Assembly: GCF_009914755.1 (NCBI RefSeq)
Contig: NC_060936.1
Length of the DNA stretch: 64,000 nucleotides
Source of the DNA: the human T2T-CHM13v2.0 reference genome, Homo sapiens
Strand: one strand, 5' to 3'
In this document: positions 12,305 to 28,072 of the stretch, piece after piece
How positions within the stretch are numbered: the first letter of the stretch is position 1
Layout of the letters: each line of letters starts with the position of its first letter
Translations under genes and position numbers: made by a program
Notes under the pieces: model-generated
The model's database searches: none
What the model was told of the DNA's origin: nothing
What the model saw: the letters and a program-made list of their open reading frames with translations, nothing else

Positions 12305-12530
12305 TATGGAAAAACAGAAAAAGCCCTGGACCTGGAGCCAGGAGACAGGCATTTGGGTCCAGGTTGGGCCTCTTACTTGCTGTGTGTCCCCTCAGGCAAC
12401 TTACTTCTTCTCTCTGAGCCTTAGTTTACTGGTCTAGAAAGGGAGATTTGTAATATATACCCTTTTCAGCTGCCTTGTTAGATTGCTCAGAAGTTCCCTG
12501 TAAATTACAAAGTTCTGTTACAACATGAGG
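12305..12530 (+). mobile_element. MIR
   Basis: aaagccctggacctggagccaggagac...acttgctgtgtg...ggcaacttacttcttctctctgagccttagttt. Confidence 0.8.
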
Positions 12531-13209
12531 GTTTTTAAATGTTTTTAATAAAAATAGACCCAGTTCCATAAGGTGTTGGGAGGATGACATGTGTTGCTAC
12601 AGAGGGGAAGGGAGGAGAAGTGAGCAGTGCCAGCGTTCACCAAGTCCTGGCACTAGACACTACTTGAAGGTACTTGCATTTGGGGCACCTCCCTCCCTCG
12701 GGCCCTGGCACTGCCCTGGGGTATTATGTGGCCAGTGGAGATTAGTCATGGTCTCCAGTTCCTTCTATCATTAAGGCCGCTAAAAGATTCACACCTCTTA
12801 ACAATTCAGCTGAAATCTCCCAGGCACAGCCTAAGGCAGGGCTTGGCTTTGTTTTGGTGGCATCTCTCATTTATTTATCAGCTTCCCTAGGGAAGGAGCA
12901 CTGATGTTGTTTGGCACTGATGAGGAGAACAATGCAGCACATATTTATAGCTCTGCTCTCCCACCTGCAGGGGCTGCTTGTTTGGACTGTAGGAGCTTAG
13001 CTGAGCACCAAGCACCAGCAGGAATCAGAGAATGGTGGCTTCCATCCTCTGCGCACAGCAGCAAGGAAGGTACGTTCACCTTCAACTTAATTCCAAGGGT
13101 GCGTCATAAGCTATGGGCTGAGCCTGGCCCCTGTGGGGATGAAGGGCTGCCCCAGGAAGGTGGAAGAGGGTCAAGCCCTGCCCTGCCCTCAAAAAAACCT
13201 GTAACTAAG

Positions 13210-13410
13210 TGCAAATGGGCTCTGCTCATCCAAATTCTGGCTTTGTCCTGTATCAGTTACATGAACTTCCGCCAGACTCTGAAACTCAATTGCTCATCTG
13301 AAAAACTACAGTAACACTAGTAAAGCCCACCATACAGGGCTTTGTGAGTTTTAAATATAACTATGTGGAAGCACCTGGCACACAATGAGTAGAGACAAGG
13401 TTAATGTTTG
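13210..13410 (+). mobile_element. MIR
   Basis: caaattctggctttg...ctcaattgctcatctgaaaa...gcacctggcacacaat. Confidence 0.65.
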
Positions 13411-13839
13411 TTGTTGAATCTTGTTAGAGTGAAAAGACAGCCACACATTAAACAATTAAAGAACAATACCAGGCGGTCTACCTGCGATAAGGTGCTGAAT
13501 TAAATATCACCAGGTGCCAACCTGTGTGGCACTGACAGCCGCCCTCAGCCCCCAGCCGAGCTAGAGGGCACTGACAATAGGGTGTCTGTCTGATTTCAGG
13601 GGAGGAGGAGGGCCCGCCACCCACTGTGGAGCCGTTCTGTCTGGGCAGTGGAAAACTCCATCTTTCCACGAGCCTGCCCTTGTCTACACCCTCTCAGCTG
13701 AGTCTGGGGTTGGACTTGTTTTTTGCAATTCACTTCAAGTTTAAGTGCTTAGGATATAGACTTGTAGTAAGTTTACAAGAATGCAAAATAGGTAAGGCAC
13801 AAGCCCGCCCTCAAATAGCTCGTAGAGCAATAGGAAGGC

Positions 13840-13935
13840 TGTGTGTGTGTGTGTGTGTACATGTGTGCAGCAGGTGTTTGTGGATATAAACACTATATGT
13901 GTATGTGTATTTTATATGTAGAGAGAAAGAGACAG
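13840..13935. repeat. (TG)n / TA-GA microsatellite
   Basis: tgtgtgtgtgtgtgtgtg followed by degenerate TG/TA/GA repeats. Confidence 0.85.
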
Positions 13936-14859
13936 AGAATATAATAAGTCCTGTTTAATGGTTATAAACAAAACGTTATAAAGTGTTTTAAAGCAACAAG
14001 AAGTTGGAAATCCAGGAGGTCTGCATGGTGGAGAGGGCATTTACACATGGTCTTGGGGGAGCTCTGGCTTGCATGTAGGACAAATATGGGCTCACCCACT
14101 GCCTAAAAGATGCAGCCTTTCCTGTAGCATGCCCCAACACAAAATGGAAATGCCTATTCTAAAAAAGAGATAAAGCATTATGTCTTGTGACAGAAATCAA
14201 CTCTTGAAGTTCAGTTTCAGGCACAGGAAGAGAAAAAAAGGAAACATGAAACAAGCAAACAAGAAGAGAGTGACTTTGGAGGGTGGTTCAACAAGAAATC
14301 AAGGCAAGGAGCTGCATGGCTCCCCCAGGGGAAGGGCAGGTAGAGCAGGAAGGGATGGGAAGCGAGGGACATGCCCAGGCAGGGGACGGCCCAGTGGAAT
14401 TGAAGCCTAAGATGGGGACCCATGCATGGAGAATCTTGTGTTGTTGGGGGAGTCTTTGGGCTTAATTTTGTCTCTGACCATGGAAGCGAGGATCAGAAAA
14501 GTGCTTGGAGAAGACTTTTTTCCCAGCATGAAGGAAGCAATAGAGTGAAGAGATATGGAAGAGAAAAACCCTGCGGTTGCTCTGGAGTCAAGGCAAGAGG
14601 TGATGGCCGCTGGAATAGAAAAGAGACAATGAGATGTCATCTGCAGCTAGACTTGACCTGGCTTGGCAAGGGTTTGGATGTGTAGTGAGGGGAGGGCCAG
14701 CCTCCTCCTGTGCACTGGGATCACAGCCCCACCAGCCCCCTCCCTCCTCACCCTGCCAAATTCCCTGGAGAACGGGTGGCACCTGCCACCTCCGCTTCCT
14801 CCCGCCCACTCTCTCCCTCACATCCGGCAGTGCCCCACCCCACTCCTCTGCCCAGAAAG

Positions 14860-15640
14860 GGCTCTCTTGAAGGTCACCAAGGCCCTCCATGGCCAAGTCC
14901 AGCAACCTTTTTCCAGCCCCATTTTCTACACAGAATTTGATACTGTTGACCTTTTACTCTTTGCCATTCATCCCTCTTGGCTTCTACAGCAAGACACTCT
15001 CCTAGTTCTTGCCTACTTTCTCGCCCTTTCTCCCCCGCATTCTCTGTGTACGTATTTTCTTCCTTTTGCTCCCCCAGCAGAGCAATTTTCCAGAGAATCT
15101 GTTTTTTCATTTCTCTGTACTCTCTTGCATAGTAACACCTCCTGTCTCTCACCAGTGTCAACTACTGCATTTCCCTAGTTGGTGTGAAATCCACATTCCC
15201 AGTACAGGAGCCTCACTTTTCAGTCCTGTGGGACTTTGCCATTGTATATCCTGGATGACTTCAAACTCAATATGACTTTCCTTCCAGGTCACTTCCTCTC
15301 CTTTCCCTGCTTTTGTTGCTAGACCGCCATTCCCCTAGGCACCTATGCTCAACATTCCAGAGACATTTTAAGTGCTTCTCTTCTCTCACTGTTCCTATCC
15401 ACCGTCCTCTTTAGTCTTTCTACCCCTGGATCTGACATCCATGGTTTCTATCCTTGCCCCAGCTCCAGCCCTACCTAGATCATGGTCAGGGCATAGCAAT
15501 TGCCTCTGGGGACTCTCTATCCAGTCTTTCATCATGAGCCATCCTGCATATGACCACCAAATCAATCTTCCTAAATATCGCTTGTGTTATACAAACTCTT
15601 TTCAGCATGTATTAAGTCCCTGTCACTAAAATGATTTCTT
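14860..15640 (+). mobile_element. L2 fragment
   Basis: ctcttgaaggtcaccaa...gaatttgatactgttgacc...cttcaaactcaatatg; C/T-rich L2 ORF2/3' region. Confidence 0.7.
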
Positions 15641-15699
15641 GGAAAATAAAAATTAAGACGTACACGTACTAGTTGAACAGACACACTTGAAAACCAATT

Positions 15700-16700
15700 A
15701 TGATCAAAAAGTAATGTGAGACAATGATACAAATGTAAACACCCAGCTGTTAAGAGCATAAAGGAAGGAATTAGTAACTACCCAGGTCACGTGGGGGAAG
15801 TTTCAGAAGAGCTGATTTTTAAACTGGTTCTTTAAGGAGATACATAGGGGCTTAAAAAATAAAGAAAGAGGAAGAAAGTTGCACTCAACAGAAAGGGAAT
15901 AGCAAGGACAGACAAAGGGGCATGAGGGTGCATGGCTTCCAAGAGGAATGGCAGCTGATGAGGTGTCCAAGGCATACTGTCCATGGCTGGGGAGATGCTG
16001 GTGAGGTAGACCGTGGCCTTATATGTCACATTGAGGAATAATGGCTTTTTCTTATATGCAATGGAGAGTTCAAGAGGCTTACCAGCAGAGAATGCTACGG
16101 TAGTTTAGCCATGGATGAAAAGAAGACCAGGAGTAGATCATGGTCCAGTCTGAAAAGCAGCAAGAGGCAGATGAAGGTGAACACCAAATCCTATTATGGA
16201 GTAAGTGGACCAAGTGTCAAAGTGAGGTTGGTGAACAGGTCACACCTGAAGGTGCCAGGGACCCTACAGCAGATGCCTGAGATCAAGTCTAGAGAAAAGG
16301 TAAAGTCAGGATCCAAAGGCAGCAAGAACGGTTATGGCAATGAGGAAGTACTCATGACATGCAGGAGAGGGGGCTAACTTAACTCCAGCGACACTGTTCT
16401 CTCAGCAGCAGGCCTGCGTCTAAGGGGCTGGTGCTTCCATTATGCAGATGTGATATTCCAGAGTGAGTCACAGTATGGGCCGGGATGCATCAGATTGCTC
16501 TTCAGCCCATTACTGTGGCAACAGGGTGGAGACCACACTAAAAGAGAAAGCAGGGAGCCAGGGAAGTCAGGAGGCTTGTCCCATAGTCTTGGTTGGGGAT
16601 AATGGGGCCACAAGGACAGAGATGATGGGATGGAATTGAATAGTCTTCAGGAGTCCACAAGACTTAGTGACCTCCAGCACTTGGAGCCAGAAAGAGAAAT
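15700..16700 (-). mobile_element. Degenerate L2 fragments
   Basis: Purine-rich reverse L2 motifs (gaagtttcagaagagctgattttt, tatgcaatggagagttcaagaggctt, caagacttagtgac). Confidence 0.5.
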
Positions 16701-16774
16701 AATCCAGCGCAATCATTTTATCACTTTGATTATGTCACTTATTTGCTCAAGGTACTCTTAAAAGTACCCATTTT

Positions 16775-17880
16775 CTAGAAATATTCCCAAAATGTGGGGC
16801 ACAGAAGATTTTAAATAACCTACAGACGTAGCACTGAATTAACCTTGACTCTCATTGTCAGCAAACTGCCTATTGGATTCTCTTTTGATATTTCTGATAT
16901 AATCACCAAGAGAAACTATAAAATCCTGGTATGTTCATGGCTCCTCTTTAACTCTTTTTTTTTTCCTTGAGGTTTTATTTTATTTTATGTTATTTTATAC
17001 TTTAAGTTCTAGGGTACATGTGCACAACGTGCAGGTTTGTTGCATATGTATACATGTGCCGTGTTGGTGTGTGGCACTCGTTAACTCGTCATTTGCATTA
17101 GGTATATCTCCTAATGCTATCCCTCCTCCCTCTCCCCACCCCACGACAGGCCCCGGTGTGTGATGTTCCCCACCCTGTGTCCAAGTGTTCTCATTGTTCA
17201 GTTCCCACCTATGAGTGAGAACATGCGGTGTTTGGTTTTCTGTCCTTGCGATAGTTTGCTGAGAATGATGGTTTCCAGCTTCATCCATGTACCTACAAAG
17301 GACATGAACTCATCCTTTTTATGGCTGCATAGTATTCCATGGTGTATATGTGCCACCATGGAACATATATGATCCAGTCTATCATTGATGGACATTTGGG
17401 TTGGTTCCAAGTCTTTGCTATTGTGAATAGTGCCACAATAAACATACGTGTGCATGTGTCTTTAGAGCAGCATGATTTATAATCCTTTGAGTATATGCCC
17501 AGTAATGGGATGGCTGAGTCAAATGGTATTTCTAGTTCTAGATCCTTGAGGAATCACAACACTGTCTTCCACAATGGTTGAACTAGTTTACACTCCCACC
17601 AACAGTGTAAAAGCATTCCTATTTCTCCACATCCTCTCCGGCACCTGTTGTTTCCTAACTTTTTAATGATCGCCATTCTAACTGGTGTGAGATGGCATCT
17701 CACTGTGGTTTTGATTTGCATTTCTCTGATGGCCAGTGATGATGAGCATTTTTTCATGGGACTGTTGGCTGCATAAATGTCTCCTCTTTAACTCTTGTCA
17801 ACATCCTTTCCAACAATAGGAGAGCAGGCCCATAGCTTCCTACAAGCCATGGAATCTACCCACAACTTCAACTCATTGTT
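16775..17880. mobile_element. hAT-Charlie MER113-like element interrupted by the L1PA at 16957-17780
   Basis: Sequence joined across the L1 reads ttctgatataatcaccaagagaaa...cctctttaactcttgtcaacatcctttccaacaataggagagcaggcc, resembling recalled MER113-type consensus. Confidence 0.45.
16957..17780 (-). mobile_element. 5'-truncated L1PA5/6-like 3' end with 16-bp TSD
   Basis: L1PA 3'UTR plus ORF2 C-terminus ([18 protein letters not shown]...); TSD ctcctctttaactctt at 16941-16956 and 17781-17796. Confidence 0.95.
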
Positions 17881-17959
17881 CATCGCCTAAACATTTTTCT
17901 TTCTTTTTTAAGATTACATTTCTAAAATTTCTTATAAGTGTTTTGGATTTGTTCTTTTT

Positions 17960-19420
17960 ACTTGTTAGAGACGTTTTAGAGGCATTCCCTTTACAGACAA
18001 GAAGATGATAAAGACGTGTTTATTATTGCAATTGTTCATTCAGCAGAGTACTAGCAGTCCTGATCAATGGATGAGTGACAAGAAAAGGAAATGAGACATA
18101 AGAATCGGAAGGAAAGAGAAAAATCATAATAGATAAAATGATAATTCACATAGCCCAACAAAATCAACAAACTACTATAACAGCAATAACCAACCAGAAA
18201 ATGTCTTAGAAAATAGCATTTTCAAGGTAATAAACTCACAATCTGAAAATGCAAATATCATTGAAAATAGGAATTAATAATTTTAAATCAACTAAAAATT
18301 AATTTTAAAAATACACATGACCTATGTGGAGAGAAATGACAAAATAACTGATCAGATATAAGAGAATACCTAGAGAACTGCACTGCATTCATGAATGAGA
18401 AAACACGTAATAATTCCAATTCTTCCCACAGTAATATATAAAGTTTAGACCATTTTAATGTAAATCCTGGCTGAATCAGATAAAGTAACACTAAAATTTA
18501 TGTAGAACAATAAAGGTCTTTGAAAAGATCATGTATTTTGAAAAAGAAGAACAAAAATAGGATGCTCTTTTTAGCTATCAGATAGTACAACATGTTACAA
18601 AGACCAATTAAAACCAGCACAACACTAGTATAAGATCACAGATATATCCATTAAACAGAACAGAGGATTCAGAAGCACAGCTCATATATATAAAGGAGCC
18701 TGGTTTATCATGGAAGAGAGCTCACAAATCAATAGCAAAGCAAAACTATGAAACTATTAGAAGAAAATTGGGAAACTATCTCTGTGTTCTTGTATTGGAT
18801 AAAAGCTTTTTAAGCAAAATGCAAAAGAATATAGCATAAAGGAGAAAAACCCTTTTGGATCTGACCACACGAAAATGAAATATTTTGTTGTGCAAAGCCC
18901 TCTACACTAATTTAACCGTTACCAGGCAAGGAAGTGTATTGCAAAACACATAACTGATTGTAATCTAGAATATAAGGAAAGGTATTCAAGAAACAGATAG
19001 AAAACCGAAGTGAAAAATAAGTCAAGAAAATATATGGGCGATTTATAGAGGGTAAAAGCTGACAAAATAACACAACTTTATTACTAATTAGGAAAACATG
19101 AAATCAAACAATAATTTGAGATATCTGTTTACATCTTCAAAATTGGCAAAAATAAGAAAATAAATCAAGTATTGAGATAATAGCAAGTACTAAAAAAATA
19201 GAAGCTCTCACACCTCTGCAGGTAGGAGGGTAAGCCAGTGCAGCTATTTTTGATACAAAATGTACAGTATTTGGTCAAGTTTCCAGGTACTCAATGCCCA
19301 GTAATTTTACTCTGGATATAAACCCCACAGAGACTCTCAAACAGACATACAAAAAGACACGCACCCAAAACTTTAATAGTAAAGAGTTGGAAATAACCTA
19401 TATATTCCCCTAAAAAGGAA
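17960..19420 (+). mobile_element. Ancient L1ME-type ORF2/3' fragment
   Basis: A-rich degenerate L1 ORF2 landmarks (gaggcattcccttta, ctaaaatttatgtagaa, aaactatgaaactattagaagaaaa, aattggcaaaaat). Confidence 0.75.
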
Positions 19421-19424
19421 CATT

Positions 19425-19690
19425 AAAGTCTTTGCTCAGATGCCTTTCTCAGTGTCTCCTATCCTGATCACTTTCACAGCAGTTGTAGTTTGACTCTCAC
19501 CCCAGTACTCCCAATTTCCCATCCCTGCTCTGTTTTTCTCCATAGCATTTTCCACCATCTAACTCAACATATACGGTGTCTTATGTGTGTATTTTGTCTG
19601 TGATCTGTTTCTTCTCTATAGATTTGTAGCCACATAAAGGCAGGGTTTTAAGTTCTTTCTTCACAGCTGTACTCCTAGGATTTCCAAAAT
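19425..19690 (+). mobile_element. L2 3' fragment
   Basis: gtctttgctcagatgcc...tttttctccatagcatt...aaggcagggttt. Confidence 0.75.
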
Positions 19691-21338
19691 TAACCCACAG
19701 CGCTGATGTGGAATTCTAAAGGCCTTTTTTAGAATTTCTCCAAAAAGAGTCCATGAAGCCAACCAGTCAGAGCTGTGGCTTTATTGGACAGAATTTCACC
19801 TATAATATCTGCTTAACTGTCTTCTATATGGCAGGAGAAGAGAGAATTTGACCCGGCCATAAGAGCAACACTCACCTCCTGTCAAAGATCCACAAGTGCC
19901 GCTCCAGGGGCTTCTCAGGTGGTTCTTCCAGGTCTGCCCCTTCCCAGGTGTCAAGTGGGGAGGGCTGGAGAGAAAGTCAGGGTTCTAGTCCTCCTGGCCT
20001 TGCTACCTTTCCATGCTGACTGGCCCCTGCTTTCCTACTTCCAGTCCATACCTTGCCCTCCAGCTACGCTAGACAACTTAGTTTGTGAAGTACACTCTCC
20101 CTCTTTTTGCCTGTTGAATTTCTATGTATTTTTCAAAGCCCACGTTTCCTGCCTATTTTATTAAACTAATTAAATACAATCAGATATAATCACAGTAACT
20201 AATCTATAGGGACAGAGAGAGACTGGAGACCAATCTTCTGCTGTACTCTCAGGACCACATGGACTTCAGTTACAACGACTCTCAACCATCCATTAATATA
20301 TTTTGTTGAGGAAGATGTTGATATCAGTCTGGTCTCTTACTCCTGAAGATGCTTCTGTGTCACCTATCCTATTATCAATTTGTTTATGCTTTAGAAATAA
20401 ACACATAGGACCTTTGGCAAGACATAATCAATCAATAAATCTTCATTGAATGACATGCTAGAATCAGAAGAGATCACAGAGATCTTACTAGCACTGGGTC
20501 CTGCTATGAAAACATTTAAGTTTAGTGAAGGATACAAGATCTCTAACACAAATAGCAATAAACAATATGAAAGCATCCAACTGACCACTACATGTTTCAG
20601 CAAAATTTCAGAGAAAGGGCTCGAAATGGCCAAGATGTTTTTGTTGCTTTTTTTTTTTTTAAGATCATTAGGTTCAATCAATTAGTAACATAATGGGAAA
20701 ACATTTAATCCGGGTCCTAGCACAAGCAATAACTTACAGGCAGGCATGAACGTGAGTAACATGGAGTTTGCAAAGCATATTAGTGCATGGCTCCTCACAT
20801 ACTCACCTGCCAGTGCCCCCTTCCTCATCCCCACCCTCTCCCAGACTTCCCCACTAAAGAAGCACTTCACCCTCCTAGATGACTTTCGGAATTTACATGC
20901 ACTGGGTGGGGGAAATTTGAAGGGATTGCTAATGTGGAAAGAGTCTGGAAGGTAGAAAGATAAAAGACGACTTAAATAAATCAGAGAAGAGAGAATGAGA
21001 GGCTGGAGAAAAAGAAGTGGGAGAGAGACTGGGCAGAACCTGAATAGGCTGATGCAGGGACAGAATTTTCAGGAGGCTGGAAATAGAGTCTATGTGTCTT
21101 TGGAGGCAGCTATAAAGTCTTTTTTTTATTATTATTATACTTTAAGTTTTAGGGTACACATGCACAATGTGCAGGTTAGTTACATATGTATACATGTGCC
21201 ATGCTGGTGCGCTGCACCCACTAACTCATCATCTAGCATTAGGTATATCTCCCAATGCTATCCCTCCCCGCTCCCCCAACCCCACCACAGTCCGCAGAGT
21301 GTGATATTCCCCTTCCTGTGTCCATGTGATCTCATTGT

Positions 21339-25164
<3,826 letters not shown>

Positions 25165-25227
25165 TATGATGTTAGCTGGTTATTTTGCTCGTTAGTTGAT
25201 GCACTTTCTTCCTAGTCTTGATGGTCT

Positions 25228-26242
25228 TTACATTTTGGCTGATTTTGCAGCGGCTGGTACCGGTTGTTCCTTTCCATGTTTAGCGCTTCCTTCAGGAGCT
25301 CTTTTAGGGCAGGCCTGTGGTGACAAAATCTCTCAGCATTTGCTTGTCTGTAAAGTATTTTATTTCTCCTTCGCTTATGAAGCTTAGTTTGGCTGGATAT
25401 GAAATTCTGGGTTGAAAATTCTTGTCTTTAAGAATGTTGAATATTGGCCCCCACTCTCTTCTAGCTTGTAGGGTTTCTGCCGAGAGATCCGCTGTTAGTC
25501 TGATGGGCTTCCCTTTGTGGGTAAACCGACCTTTCTCTCTGGCTGCCCTTAACATTTTTTCCTTCATTTCAACTTTGGTGAATCTGACAATTATGTGTCT
25601 TGGAGTTGCTCTCCTCGAGGAGTATCTTTGTGGCGTTCTCTGTATTTCCTGAATCTGAACGTTGGCCTGCCTTGCTAGATTGGGGAAGTTCTCCTGGATA
25701 ATATCCTGCAGAGTGTTTTCCAACTTGGTTCCATTCTCCCCATCACTTTCAGGTACACCAATCAGACGTAGATTTGGTCTTTTCACATAGTCCCACATTT
25801 CTTGGAGGCTTTGCTCATTTCTTTTTATTCTTTTTTCTCTAAACTTCCCTTCTCGCTTAATTTCATTCATTTCATCTTCCATCGCTGATACCCTTTCTTC
25901 CAGTTGATTGCATCAGCTCCTGAGGCTTCTGCATTCTTCACGTAGTTCTCGAGCCTTGGTTTTCAGCTCCATCAGCTCCTTTAAGCACTTCTCTGTATTG
26001 GTTATTCTAGTTATACATTCTTCTAAATTTTTTTCAAAGTTTTCAACTTCTTTGCCTTTGGTTTGAATGTCCTCCCGTAGCTCAGAGTAATTTGATCGTC
26101 TGAAGCCTTCTTCTCTCTGCTCGTCAAAGTCATTCTCCATCCAGCTTTGTTCCGTTGCTGGTGAGGAACTGCGTTCCTTTGGAGGAGGAGAGGCGCTCTG
26201 CTTTTTAGAGTTTCCAGTTTTTCTGTTCTGTTTTTTCCCCAT
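25228..26242 (-). pseudogene. L1 ORF1 (RNA-binding protein), disrupted
   Basis: MGKKQNRKTGNSK start; premature TGA at 25913-25915 (CGA>TGA); 1-bp deletions near 25317 and 25240. Confidence 0.95.
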
Positions 26243-27138
26243 CTTTGTGGTTTTATCTACTTTTGGTCTTTGATGATGGTTATGTACAGATGGGTTTTTG
26301 GTGTGGATGTCCTTTCTGTTTGTTAGTTTTCCTTCTAACAGACAGGACCCTCAGCTGCAGGTCTGTTGGAATACCCTGCCGTGTGAGGTGTCAGTGTGCC
26401 CCTGCTGGGGGGTGCCTCCCAGTTAGGCTGCTCGGGGGTCAGGGGTCAGGGACCCACTTGAGGAGGCAGTCTGCCCGTTCTCAGATCTCCAGCTGCATGC
26501 TGGGAGAACCAGTGCTCTCTTCAAAGCTGTCAGACAGGGACATTTAAGTCTGCAGAGGTTACTGCTGTCTTTTTGTTTGTCTGTGCCCTGCCCCCAGAGG
26601 TGGATCCTACAGAGGCAGGCAGGCCTCCTTGAGCTGTGGTGGGCTCCGCCCAGTTGGAGCTTCCGGGCTGCTTTGTTTACCTAATCAAGCCCGGGCAATG
26701 GCTGGCGCCCCTCCCGCAGCCTCGCTGCCGCCTTGCAGTTGGATCTCAGACTGCTGTGCTAGCAATCAGCGAGACTCCGGGGGCGTAGGACCCTCCGAGC
26801 CAGGTGCGGGATGTAATCTCCTGGTGCGCCATTTTTTAAGCCCGTCAGAAAAGCGCAGTATTCGGGTGGGAGTGACCCGACTTTCCAGGTGCGTCCGTCA
26901 CCCCTTTCTTTGACTCGGAAAGGGAACTCCCTGACCCCTTGCGCTTCCCAAGTGAGGCAATGCCTCGCCCTGCTTCGGCTCGCGCACCCACTGACCTGCG
27001 CCCACTGTCTGGCACTCCCTAGTGAGATGAACCCGGTACCTCAGATGGAAATGCAGAAATCACCCGTCTTCTGCGTCGCTCATGCTGGGAGCTGTAGACC
27101 GGAGCTGTTCCTATTCGGCCATCTTGGCTCCTGTCCCC
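26243..27138. promoter_or_regulatory. L1 5'UTR: CpG-rich sense promoter (fires leftward) and antisense promoter (fires rightward); YY1 site at 27117-27125
   Basis: ggccatctt = reverse complement of AAGATGGCC; dense CpGs 26640-27120. Confidence 0.85.
26698..26913 (+). CDS. L1 ORF0 (antisense, 71 aa), intact
   Basis: MAGAPPAASLPPCSWISDCCASNQRDSGGVGPSEPG...RCVRHPFL; Kozak gcaATGG; expression not demonstrable from sequence. Confidence 0.8.
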   Translation: MAGAPPAASLPPCSWISDCCASNQRDSGGVGPSEPGAGCNLLVRHFLSPSEKRSIRVGVTRLSRCVRHPFL

Positions 27139-27701
27139 TAAAGTCTTAAAAGACTGGTGTGAAAACTACATTGTTTAAATTTTTGTTTTGGGAGTGAATA
27201 GGATTTTACTTTAGACTATTTGAAAAGAAGTCAGTAAAGATTAGTATACTTTACAAAAAGTGTTTTGGTAGTTAAACAGTGTTTTTGGTGAGTAGGAGTA
27301 TTATTTTGGTCTAGGCTTTGATTGAATCAATATAAGAAAAATGTGCTTTTTAATTACCATGCATGGTTTAGATTGTGGGGCAGAAAGTAAATCAGCCAGG
27401 TTAAAAGAGGGCGGATATGTGGGGCAGTGGGGAACAAGACTATTTAGAAAAGAGGGAAAATTAAGATGGGCTTGGGAAACCAGACCAGAAAGTTAATTTT
27501 CAAATTCAACCTAATGCAAAATGAGAGAAAAATAAAAATACTTTCTAAGGCTGAACACAGGTGGCCTCCTGGTTCATGACTAAATTGAATCCTTTCAGCA
27601 TCCTGTTTCTAGAATAAGTAACGGTGAGTTGACTCCAGCTTGGTTTTAAAACTAGCCCTCTTATTTCCATGTTTTTCATTACAAAAACTGGGTTTGAAGA
27701 C

Positions 27702-28072
27702 TATGATAGACTAAATAATGTCCCCAAAATTCAGAGGTTGAAGTCCTAGTTGCTAATGTGCATGCATTTGAAGATAGAGCCTTTAAGGAGGTAATTCAGG
27801 TTAAATTAGGTCGTAGGGTGGAGCCCTAATCTAACAGGACAGGTATCTTTATAGGACGAGGAGACACCAGGAGTGCACACGCACTGAGAAAAGGCCACGT
27901 GAGGACATAGAGAAGGTGGCTTCTGTAAGCCGAGAGGGACCGACCCCCACATAACCCTGCCACCACTTAATGTTAGGCTTCTAGCCTCTAGAACCATGAG
28001 AAAATACATTTCTGTTGTTGATGCCACCCAGTCTGTGGCATATTGTTGTGGCAACCTGAACAAACTAATACA
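27702..28072 (+). mobile_element. MLT1A-like solo LTR
   Basis: gcctttaaggaggtaatt...gccctaatc...ggccacgtgaggac...ccacccagtctgtgg...aaactaataca; near-TSD aagac/aagaa. Confidence 0.9.

Noticed and set aside
14663-15178. 171-aa ORF
   Set aside because: Mostly overlaps C/T-rich L2 relic; no recognisable domain; non-ATG start.
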